From Ophelia neglecta (taxonomy: Eukaryota), in assembly GCA_965285935.1 (NCBI GenBank), contig OZ260665.1, positions 52,018,001 to 52,082,000 on the forward strand: a DNA stretch of 64,000 nucleotides. Reading direction: 5' to 3'. This document shows, piece after piece, positions 28,681 through 41,600 of this stretch. The translations under genes and the position numbers were made by a program. Position 1 is the first letter of the stretch. Each line of letters begins with the position of its first letter. A model generated the notes under the pieces. It worked only from the letters and a program-made list of their open reading frames with translations, ran no database searches and was not told the origin of the DNA.

Positions 28681-29694
28681 TGCTGCGCATGCCTTACCTG
28701 TAGGCAATCAATGTCCTTAGAATGGCAGAGATGTGGTCAATGTTCTGTGTCCAACCAGCTGGGTGATATTTACTCAATTTCCTTAAGACTTATGTGGAGC
28801 AATACCAAGGGTAGAGTTAATATTGTATTCATATTAGCAAATACTAAATACCACGTTCACCATGGCTTTCGCCGTTTACATAACACGGCAACAATGAGAC
28901 ACCAATATTGCGGACGGATGGGATAGACGAATCACGTCTTCGCCAACACTTTTTCTGGTAGATCCGTATGGCCCGTTAAGACGATTATAGATGTGTTCTT
29001 TATATCAATGCTTTGTGAAAGCCTCGAGCAAAACAATAAATGGTCATGTAGAAAAGTCGCAAAACAATAATAACAGATTTTGAAACATTGCCCAAAATCA
29101 AAACAAAAAACATATTTCCTCACTCATCTGGTTACCACGACAACCAAAATTATGTATTCGAACTAGAAATTCAGTGACATTAGTTGATTACAATAGTTTG
29201 AAACACACAGTGAATCCAGCGTACAACACCAAAATAATGTTAATAATTACGTCCCAGCTAAATGATCATAAATAGACAATAAATAGACAATTCGAATTCG
29301 AAGTCTCAATTAAAACAAACAACGATAAAAAGCAATGGCAAAGTGGAATGCTTTAAAAATTCGACAATATGCTTTTGTGGTCTTGGCGGTCACAAAACTG
29401 CATAATAACGAAGATACGACAATATGATATTCGGTCGCTTTGTTATGGAGGGAAGCTGCCACTACATTTATGTTGCAGTTTAAATATGAGATCAAGCTCA
29501 ATTCATTAATCACAACAAAACAAAACAGCAAATGCTCTTACACAATAATAGAAAAAAAATGCTGAACATTATTCTGAATTATTACAATAACATTTCGCTA
29601 ACATATGTCATGTCAGTTTGGAAAAACTTATGCGTAGTACGTGGTTTTCGAAGTAGAGAGGGATCAACAACACATTTGCTGTATCGTAGACGAT

Positions 29695-32600
29695 TCAGCG
29701 TTTCAAGGCCATTTTGCCTACGTTTTCCTTCAGCCACTCCACTATGGTCTCCTCATTGCGCATGAGCCATGATATGTTGGCAGTAATACTGGCAATAGAG
29801 GAGGCTCGTGATGAGGCCCCTGGACCAGCCTCAGGGTACTTGGCGTAAAAGTCCTCTACCTGAAACCCAATCATACAAAGGTTCAGGTTCATCCCTGTAT
29901 TTCTCAGCTACTCTTTATGACATCGCCTTTATAAAATTGATTTCTTCATATCCACATGAAACACCAACTCCTTGTTATTAAAGGAAAACTGACCTCTTTT
30001 AATTTAAACTCGGTGTTATAGTTTGATACAACATTAGGCACCATCCACCCCAAGTATCTGTTTTCTATACCAAATCTGAAAACAATAAAATTTCAATTTC
30101 ATTGTACAGACTACCCTACCCGTCTTGCCCTTGGTTTTCAACAGTTCTGATATTTATTTAATGCATGTACCCCTAAACAACACTTCCTTCGTTTGAAATT
30201 AGTAAGTTAGTAAAACTGAATTTCGAAGTGTTATATAATTGAATGATTGTATAGCCAATAAATTGGGTAAATGCCGAACCTGTCTACCAGATAGTCATAA
30301 TTCCTACGAATCCAATCCCAAGTCAGAGGATTGGCATTTGGATTGGCAGCTAAATAGTTAATTAACGTGAAAAAGTCTTGGCTTCTTATCTTAGATTCGT
30401 CCCTCGAATAGTCAAGAATTCTTTGGTATGAAAAAGGAAATAAATATGGTATATAAGAAAAATGCAATATACAAGTTCAACCTTAGTGTAATCACACATT
30501 AACAAGTCTATATCGCGCAGGTTCAGTGTCTCCGATATAGGCGCTGCCCTGCGGTCAGCACATGTATGCATACATGTACCTGTTGACAAGCCAGACTCTG
30601 CTAGTTCTTGTAAGAGCGTACAGGATGTTGTCTTTCTCCTGCCCGGAAGTAGTCTTGGTGTATCTATCCCACAGAGTATTCCAGACTTGGTCGCCGTCCG
30701 TCTGCTCCATACCATATTGGTAGACCGGACGACGGATGTTAGTGGGGACTGCATTGGCTCTATTTTGACAAACATTACATTGCTGCTCATTCAATATTGA
30801 ATAGAATTCCTAATTTCTGTATTGATTTGGTAAGAGCGAGTTTACCCAAATGTACACTAGCAGAATTTTGGAAACAATACAAACATTTCGTCCTGAAGCC
30901 AAAATAGGAAAAGTCTAGTAGTGTTCTGCAAACAAGGAGTATAGCCATGGCCGCAGGAAAGCTGAATGATATCTAGCCTATTGAGTCTGAATGAATAAAA
31001 CGCCTTCTGGTAAAAACAAATAACAGCCACAGAATGCAATGATGAAATCTCGAAGAAACTAACTTTTGTAATGCTAGTCAATAATAGGAAAACCAAAGGA
31101 AAAATGCACAATTTACTTTTCCATGTGATTTCCTCCATCACCTACTTCCAGCCGGTTCATCGAGTTCGAGGTGATATCTGTCACATATTTCTGGTAAAAA
31201 GTAGTTATAAGATAACTTAGCAGAGCCAACACCATGTAGGACTAGTTACACTCAATAATTTCACTTATAATAACGCATTACAGCACATATTTTGGTGTAA
31301 TTCTGAATTGGTTGTCGTTACCCTCCAGAGGCCATAGTCAGGATTGCCATACATCATCAGGCCGACGTAATACAATCCATTGGTGGTACTTTTCCAGGGA
31401 ACGAAGCTGGTCTCACTAGTTAAATACTTGGTAAGATCGAGAGGGAACGGGTAACCTAATTGGTCAGCGCGAGCTAGATTAAAGGCATCGTCAATCAGAT
31501 TGGACCTTTCCACCTCCGAAAAGGCCTATAAGACAAGAGTAATTATTTGTATGAAAATATTGACTTTAAAATTATTTCAATAAGTTTAAATTTCACTTTA
31601 CGTAGAAATGATCTACATAAAAACACGCGCGCGCGCATACACACACATATTTATTTATATTACACGTATTATATATTCATCCTTTAAGTAAGTCTTTAGG
31701 ATTCCATCAAATCGGAACATCTCTGTGCGTTTTAGCTAGATATTTTTCTGTTTACCAGATGATCGGATTCCAGTTGGTCTGCCAACATTTGCCACAAGGA
31801 TTCTGGGTAGTTGACTCGGTAGAACCCGGTTTGATTATTGTTGAATTTAATCCACTCACCAGCTTTGGCAGGGTTTTGAAAGCTTTCTGTGAGTCAACAA
31901 ATTATGCGATATGAACGTATCATAGTTTAGTTTATCTCTGAACTTGTTCCATTTCTTTATTGATACCACAATCATTCTAGAAATACCACTTACTGTCTCC
32001 AGCATTTAGCCACTCGCTTCCTCTCGTTCCATCTCGAGTGCGATAACTGAGAGGCACATACCACTTGTACCTTAAACGAGAGAAGAACACTAATATGATC
32101 ATTCAAAGATAATGCAATAATATAGGTTCTCGACAAAATAATTGTTTAGTGGTCTGGTAGTTCTTCTGGTTAGGCATTGCCGTGTTCGAATATAGCTTAC
32201 ATGTATTGAGATTCCGGCTGGTCGGGATCAGCGGTGGGGTCGTTCAGGAAGCGTTTTTGTGTGGCCATTATATTATCACCCTCTTCACTAATGGTGACAA
32301 CCGGCAGTCCCATCTGCCGAAACCATGGGTCCATTATTTGGGTCATGTTAAGGTCGAGACTGGCTGAGTCACCCGCCTGAAAATAATATTTTAAAAGTAA
32401 TTAGACCTGTAAGGATATAAAATGCCTTTTCAATGTAAGAAAGCCTCATATTCAGTTGACATTATCGAAGCAGAGACTATTTAATTGATGGGATACTTAC
32501 ATATTGAAGGGCTGCTAACAAGTCCTCTGTGGTGACAGAGCCATATACATGATCAGCTAGGTATTTCTGTTGGAATTCAAAACAAACAACGCGTTACCTA

Positions 32601-35600
32601 AGCCGGGCAGCATTTATTTCGCTATAACAGAATCCCTGTCATTACTTCAATACAGGTGGTTTTTTAGATCTTTTGCATACGAAGGCTTTCGTAATAACTG
32701 TTATTATATATAGGTTAATATCTCACTCTTATTGCCAATTTAAATACATCAGCTCCCATAAAGTCTTCCATCATGGCCAACATGGAAGCACCCTACAATA
32801 GAAAAAGAAAACAGTTTAAGAGCTATATAGAAACTAGGCCTTATCTTATATCAGGCTGTAATATATATTATTGTGTCAATGTACCGCTTATCTCCTGTGT
32901 ACTATATATTTGTGATTATTGGTTATACCGCCATATCTCACCACATAACCCGTCGCCAAAAAAAAACAAACAAACACATAGACACACGGGAAGGGTGTGT
33001 ATGTGTGTGTCTGTGGGGGGGGGGGGGGGTGCAAGTTCAGAGTTTATGCGTCTGGCTCCATTTGTCTGCCTTTTAACATCATAACGATTGCATTTCTAAA
33101 CCGATTATTGTGAAACTTGGCACAATGATAGATGTTGGAAGACCTTAACTCCTTTTGATATTATTTTTCATGAACGCACACTTCTACATAAAATGTATAT
33201 TTGTCTATTAAACTCAAAGTAATACGTCATGTATATATTGATATTTAGTGTCCAGCTTCTCACATCTGTCTACCTTGTCGTAGGTGATGCCGTCGAAGGC
33301 TGCGTTCGCCTCATCAGGGTTGGTGATTTTGACGACGATTGGCCGGGAGCTGCTTCCTGCGTCTGATCTCATCACAGACTGCACGGTGTTGGCTACAAAC
33401 TGGCCAGCCTACAAATAATATCGTGCGGTTCCAGGCAGTGATAGTAAGTTTTTTTTATATTAACTGTAAGTGTTTTTGATGGTAGTTAAAACGATTATGT
33501 CCAAATAATAAATAAATTTAAAAATAATGAACCAAATGTATATTCGCAAAATAAACCCCCAAAAAAGAAGAGAAAAGCAAAGAAGGCCAAATTTATATGG
33601 TGGCCTATCCACATTAAGAAATTTAAGGTAACCTCCACCAATCAATGTACATGTACTAAATACATGGGCCTAGTATGCGATGTAGGCCTAGAGGCCTACA
33701 TGGCATACATTGGGTAGATGGCATAACCTTGATTAATATAGCACTGACGAGGAAAGTTTTAGCTACTTAAATGAATCAACTATTTTATGTACCATTATTT
33801 ACTTGAATAAACGCATTATTTAAAGACACGCGGTAACCACTAAGTAACCATCATATCTCCATCCATAACGGGTGCTCAGTTGTTAAACGAAATTTATTAC
33901 AATTTAACCGCATGCATTTGAGAACCATACCTGCTTACTAACAAATAGATGCCGCCATATCTTTGTGCAAGTTATACCTACGCAGTACATAATGCTAGAC
34001 TATTAAGTAAAAGCCCCTTATAATATATACAGTAGCATGGTAAAAATGTTCTTAACTACTAATTCGCCACAGTCATAATAGTGTCCCTTATTCCACTCAC
34101 TGAGAGAGACGTTTAAGCTATGGGGCCTTTTTCAGGAATTCAACATTTTCGCATTGTACATGTGCTTATTAAGAGCTTACTTAAATAACTTAACCAATCT
34201 GACCTTATCTAGCGCATACCATATTGAAATCAGTCTCCTTTGAATCGACACCCCTGTTCTCATAAAAACGCACCGTGCCTTCATTCAGCCAGATTTCATC
34301 CCAAAACAGGCAGGTAACAATATTACCGAAATACTGAAAATACGGTAAGTGGTGAAATGAGCAGAAGGGAGAAAAATGAGTAGGAGATATAGTAAGGTTC
34401 GTACTATGTTAAAGTCTTTTTCCGCCTCATCCATGGGTCTACCCTGGTAGAAGTTAACGCAACCTTCGTTCAGCCAAATTTCATCCCACCAAACACAGGT
34501 AACCGCGTTCCCAAAATACTGAAAATTGTGAGGAAGTAAACTAGTCAGATAACAACATCTGGAAAGCCATAATATTTATAAACCAGGTGGACAGTGCCTT
34601 GTTTATTAACATTGCTAAAGGGCATGTCCCTTTATAGACCAGTCAGGCAATGCCAGGCAACACCTCATCACGAGGAACCAAGAAATTACCTGTAGATATA
34701 GATAAAAAGTAGGTTATTAAAAATATGGTTTTAGAATTGAAAAGTGTAAAGTGTAGCTTAATCAACTACTTATTTTCGAACACGTTCAGCCATAAGGCAT
34801 TAGTATTGCATAATCCTTAAGTTAAACTTTAGTTTACATATTTAAAATAAAACAGAAGGAGGCTACTTGAAAAGCAAATGTTTAAATCATTTAGTGAATA
34901 AATCAGAAGATGGCATTACATTGTGCGCCAGTTCATGGGATACTATGGAGGCTACCCTTTGCTTGTCTCTGTCCCCAACCTGGGTGGGGTCGTAGAGGAG
35001 CCGTGCCTCTCGGTACGTGATCAGACCCCAGTGCTCAGTGGCTCCCGAAGGGTAATCTGGTACTGCCACTTGATCTGCAGGAAATTAAAAGGAGTCTGTA
35101 AGACCGGTATAGGAAACGACTTACTGACATACATAATGGATGAAATAGTTAACTCATTCATCTACATCAGTATATAGCAAACACTGTGACTGATGTCTGA
35201 ACATGTTTAACTAATTGTTATGTGTGAAGCATGTCCATTACTCACCTGATTTACGTGTGTGGGACAGAATAGAATGTTTACTATAAATGTTATTAACGAA
35301 AGAACACAACTATGCAGAGGGGGGGGGGGGGTATGTGGTATTTCCGACCCTCGGGATTGGCCTTTTTAACTGACTGTGATTCAGGAATAAAAGCCTTAAT
35401 TTTTCGTGCATTGCAGTTTGCCATTTATCCGTAATGTGCGATCAAGGAATTTCGTTTACTGTGACCTGGAAATGTTCTGTTTAATAAACGTGACTAGAGA
35501 ATCATTCTTTTCATTCATCGGGATGTAGGAAATAACTTCTTCCTTAATGTATATGAAATATCCAGATTGTAAATGTCCGTGATTCGGCATCTGCTATTTT

Positions 35601-38600
35601 TCAAACTGGGAAAACCTCCCCCCCCCCCCTTACATCCCCTCCTGCATACGTACGCCTAGTTTGTGTAATCTTAAGCTCTTTTGTCAGGCTTGAACCGGGG
35701 ACCTATGGCTTTGTGAATATGTTTATATTCATACAGGCCCTGTCTAATATTAAACGCCAACATTGTCTTATGTTTATACAATGTTAGCTCCATAGGAAGA
35801 AAGACACACCCACCGAGTTTCGGGAGATGAAAATCCATGTCGTATTCATCTCTGAACCAATCCATGAGGCTAGGACTGAGATCCAGGGCGTAGTTGACCT
35901 GCTCAATACGATCTGGGGCGGCCCAGATACGGTGCTAGGTTGAATAAAGACGACAAAGCATATAATCAAACCATGTCCATGCCTATACAGCGCAATCAAC
36001 ATTAAGAGCAGGGCCACGTTGCTCCAACCCACCCCATCCCCACCTCCGTCGCTTTCCGTAACCCATCTCTCATTACCTTAAACACCACACTCCATTATTA
36101 TAATTTTTACAACGCCCCCTTTCAAATCGGCCCTCGATTTTTCAACTCGCCAAGGATCACCCTCTTCCATTGGCACAAACCTAGTACTCCGCATTTTGTG
36201 TATTGATTTGAATAAATAAGATAATCCAATATCCTTATTAGGAAAACCAAACGTCTCCATCAATAAGCCTGTTAATGATGTTCAACCATCTTTGTGCAAG
36301 CAGTGGTCAAGGAAGAAAAACTATGTGTTCTCATATTACACATAGCTCTTTTGGTCACCAGGAATAAATGACTATTGCATATAGTTTGTATTTCATCTTA
36401 GTTTTGTGAAAAAATGAAAAAAATTCAACTTAGTACTTTTCGCACTGATGAGAGTGATTTTTTTTAAGTATATGACTCGCCATTTAACACAATAGCCCGT
36501 ATTGCGTGGAGAGCCTTGACATACTGTTTTTGTTTACCCTAAATGTACAACGCGGATTTGATTGAAACGTAGGCACTAATAAGCAGTGACGTTTTAAAAT
36601 ACTTATTCGAACCGTTCAGTCCTTCCGTTTTTTCCGTGCATCTTACCCTTACAATGCATTTTTTCAATCAATGTGTAATTCATTCCACCCTTTCTAACAC
36701 GTTTGGGCACATAAACAATAAATCAGCCACAAGAGTCAATTAAATACATTTCTCTACCCATATGTTTGACAAGAATGTAAATGAAGTAGCTATTTGTCAA
36801 AAATTAAGTTAAACAAGACAATGTAGACCTTGTTAGTACAAGTATTATATATAAAACACCTTTAATGCGACCTTTAAGAACTCTCTATACAAACATTCGT
36901 ATATGCAAACCCGGTGTAGAAAGAAGTCCATGTTTGTATAGTTCTAAGCAGGTTGAGGCTCTACACATTGTATAATCAACGTGATATACGATACTTTAAG
37001 CAAGCCAGGTTACATTTGCAATTCAGGTTTTACCTTTAGTGGTGACTTTAGACACTTACTGTTATGTTATCACCAAATGTGTTTTCGCGATAGACGAAGT
37101 CAGTGACGATGAAGCACGTCAAATAGCTACTCATTATCGGCGTTGTTTCAAAGGATGTTTCGTCGAAAACTGAATCCAAACTTCTTGATGACTGTCAGTA
37201 AAAAATTAATGCATTGATCATTTCATTCCATTGGTTATGTGAAATTATGAGTAACAAGTATAAAAATTGAGGCAAAATGAACACATATTTTGTTCTTGTA
37301 ATATCCTATTCATTCTAGAATTCAGTCGTAAAATAGCACATTTCTCTTCAGTGTAAGTTTGATGAAATAGTTCAGTCTATCTTTTACCTTTTATTCAAAA
37401 GGCAATGACTATCGAATTGTTTAACAAGCAAAAAACAACAGACCAATAAATCAATTTCTCGGTTAGGCTAAAGGGTCTGGTTTGATTAAGTCGGAAAGTG
37501 TCACTGTGAGTATGCTCAATTTGAATCAAATGGAAAACAGCGAAGAATTCTGTTAAATTTGTGTTCGTTTGGCAAATAGGTGCAACGAAACCTCTAAAAA
37601 GAACTTAAAACACATGTACGCTATGCAAATACAGAAGTGGGTGGACCCTGCTGTCAGAGTACATAATGGACGGTCAACAGAATTATACATAATCTTTTTT
37701 TTAAGAAAATATATCTGTTTTATCATTCTTACTTTAACAGGCATGTTTGAAAGAGCAGTAAAGTTGTTCCAGTGTTTCAGCGTGATAGAGAAGTTTGATT
37801 TAAAACCGGGCTCGTCAAAATTGGGAAACGCTTTCCTGGCGTCCGCTGGTTGGAATTTGGTGGTCGCTAGCCAACTGAAATAATAAAGGATAAGCGTTGT
37901 CCGTGAATAATGCCTCATGCACCAGCATCTATTTGTTTGGTTTATACTAACGATTTGTATTTTAAACTTAGCTCTGGGCCAGGGGTTATTGTGCAAATAC
38001 TACTGAATGTTCTAAACTGTTGACGGGACATTTGTTTTTAACTCCTTATCTTTATGCCCCGAACGTACATATTATATACTAGGTAATCGGTAACATAACA
38101 GCAGCCGTTCTAGCCTATTCTTAAAGGGATTGACTCAATAAACGTTGTACTTTAACCCCGCCTAATTCAATAAATAAATGTATGAATAAATGAATGAATA
38201 TTAGATTTGACTGATTGGATTAATTGATTGCTTGATTAATGCCAAGTAAAAGAGTTGTGGAATTAGAGGTTTCCCTCTCGTCAAATCGTCGTTACTTCTC
38301 AAACAGTTATAGAAAGGTACAATAGATAACTCAATTACGCCAAAGTACTTAATTGTAGAGAAGTTTTTACTGGAGAAAGTCGTTCTGACGAATTGAATAC
38401 AAATCTAATGATGATTGCATATACATCTAAAATAATAAAGTACCCGACTATATGTAGAAAATATATGTAAATGTAGTATTGAGACGGTTGCCAACAAAAT
38501 TTCCTGGGCCAATTAACGATAAACAAGCTAGGGCCTTAAACCACTATCCTGTAAAGATTACAAGTACATAACAGGTGACCTACATAAGAAAAAGCAACTC

Positions 38601-41600
38601 TTAAACGTTAAATATATAAATTCTTATATATCTAATGCTCTTCAATTCCTTTTCAAGACAGCAAAGAAACTGTCTGTATCCACATATGTAGCAACATTAC
38701 ACCAAGTTATTTACACAGGACTAGGCAGAAGGGGATACTTCAAAAATGGAGGGAAGATACAGGGAATTCATATTAAAGTGTGCAATGTGGCACACATTGA
38801 AATGAAAAGTAAAAAATCATTTGGTGATTAGATAATAAATAGCATTCTTAAGATAACTTTTCGAGACGAATCTACATCTTATAACTTTGTCCCAAAGAGA
38901 AAGTAAAAAAAAATATGGTGAGTGGATAATAAATATCACTCTTATGATGATTTATATACACGTATACAAAAATACTTAATACTTTCATTGTCATAGTGAG
39001 TTTGTACATTATTGGCAATTAATATGCGTTTACTGTCTTCCAGATATATATATATTAAGGGCATACATCTAGAAGATTGTGCACTGTAGGAGGCTAAGTT
39101 GGGGATAGATATTTGGGAATTGCATAGTTGAAACCTTAGTCTGATATCCAAATATTTACTATCAGAGCTGTAGATACCAGGTGTCTACATCTATAAACAT
39201 CTGCTTTGTCTGGTATCACCACCCATCATATATGCAATATGTATACTAAATACTGATCTTGTATAATGGTTATGGTTGAGAAATATTTTGCATTCATTGA
39301 AATAGTTAATATCTATACTAGCCATATAATCTTAAATAGTAACTGTAATATCGCCTAGGTTTATATAATATATTTGTTTTTAACCGATATGGCAGGTTTT
39401 TTGTAATACTGAAAATGGAGACTCGAGAACTTAACAAGCAGGTAATCATGATTTATCTCAGTTTTCGAAATGAAAAAAGAAGCGTCTATTTATATGTGGT
39501 ACGGGCAGTATGTATCCTTCTCAGAAACTATATATGACACCGCTTCCGTAATCTCACGAAAAATTAACAAGCAAAGCCTGAAGTTTGTACTTGTTTTGCC
39601 TAAAATCTTGGCATCGGTTTTATTGAGTTAGCAATGTCGTCCACGTGCTAAATTACACGCTCCTTGTTTCGTGCAATAACTCAAATGCACTGAATATTTA
39701 TAAAGGTCCCGGCTACACTTCAAATAGGGCAACAACATGATATGATTGTTGTTTTAAAAACAACAAAAGTTGTAGTTTTACCCATCTTTCCTATTAGACC
39801 CATCAATCTGAGCATTGAGATCGACCGTGTACTAGAGAAAATAATTTAGATTCATGTGATTGCTTAGTAAATAAAAGTTATGTCTAGCAAAAGGCCGCTA
39901 AGGCTTTATCGCTCATAGTATATGAATTAGCTAAAGATAACGCGATGAACTAGACTATTTCCGCGGGGGAACCGGAGTCATTATTATTCATAGAGCCTTT
40001 GGCATATGATGACTTCATATTCTTTCAAGTTCACCATCTCTTTTTTTCTTGTCCAGGCCGAGCTGCCAAATGTCATTTCGATTTTATTTTTTTATTAGAA
40101 TATCTTTTAACTGGATAGTCCCATCTGTGCAGCTGTTTTTTCATAGGTGTCCAGTCGATCAACCATGGCCTTATGGTTAATTTAGTTTTGCTATTGTGCA
40201 TAGCACTTGCCCAGTAGATGGAATTTATAATTGTAAGGAACTAATAATATTTCTTCGTATCGCTGAAGCTGGTTCAACTTCAAATAAACGGTGTCATATA
40301 TTGACATATTAACCGTTGGATATTCATTATTGACTTAGTAAAGAAAAGGAAAAAGTTCAAGATAAAATTTGATTTAAGCACATTAAGAGATGCTAGATTT
40401 GATAGTAGAAGATTTTAAGCAGAAGAGCTGGGATGGAATCAAAACGTACGTCTTGTGGGAGTCAAATGAGTAGCTCGTCGATCCATCCTCTTAGTCGTTT
40501 ACAAACTAATGCTAGAGATGAGCCGCTGACTAGGTTACCCTATGACAAAATAACTCTTTTTGATTCATATATAGTACCGCTTCATCCGTTCAAAAACTAA
40601 TTTTAATTGCTTCAATTTCTGAGTAGTCCCTAAGCAAGTGATACTGATTACTCCAGGGAGCTTATTTAAGGAAATGCATTATCACAATGTTCCCGGTGCC
40701 AATTCCACACATTGTGAAACCCTCTGAACAATTATCGTTGTCAAGGCAAGGATTAGGTGTTCAATTTATCATTTTTGGGAATATTTCAAGTTCCATCTTC
40801 CTGGTAATTCGCAATGTTATCCTAATATCGAGGTCATGGGTCAGTGCTTGAATGGCCATTGGGGCCTACCACAGAACTGGTCTATTCAAACTACATTCTT
40901 CTAGCAAGATAATAGTCCAAATTGCCACCAAGTCGGCAGACTCAAATTGGCGAGGCGCTCACATACTTGAAAATACTCTTTATAAATAACGCTGTTCCAA
41001 ACCCTGTTTTCTTTGCATATCATTTATCATCATGGTTTCAATCGCACTAGGTATCATTTTCCAATACTTTTTGATGTAATCTCAATGGACGGGTAATGTG
41101 AAGATAGCGTATTTTACTATTATCTCTAGATTACATAAACGATACCATATCTAGCTGTTAAAGTAACTCGGTAAGCTTATACACATGCAAAGGTAACTAT
41201 CATTCTTTTTGAGATTAACCAAATCATGAAGCCTGCCTGAATCACGTCAGGAGAACCTTGAAGCGATGAGAACAACTTTTATTCCTATCAATTCGTATAT
41301 ATAATATATATTTGGCAACAATTAATCAATAGCTGCTGATATTCAGCAACGGATTAAAATCGGCGAAGAAAAAACGGTAGTCATCGGGTTTAATATCATC
41401 GCAATTGGGCCAGCGAAAGTTTCAATTAGAATAGAAAAAAATAGCATCTCTCATATGTCAGGATACAAACTCTGAATGGTATAATGAATCCGATAGGCCT
41501 CTAGCCTATCACCTGGCTGGTGATTTACTAGATATACTTACGTGCTTTTTTGTGTGTTTATTTACATTGAAGGAAAAAAGACGTCAAACAGATAAGATGC

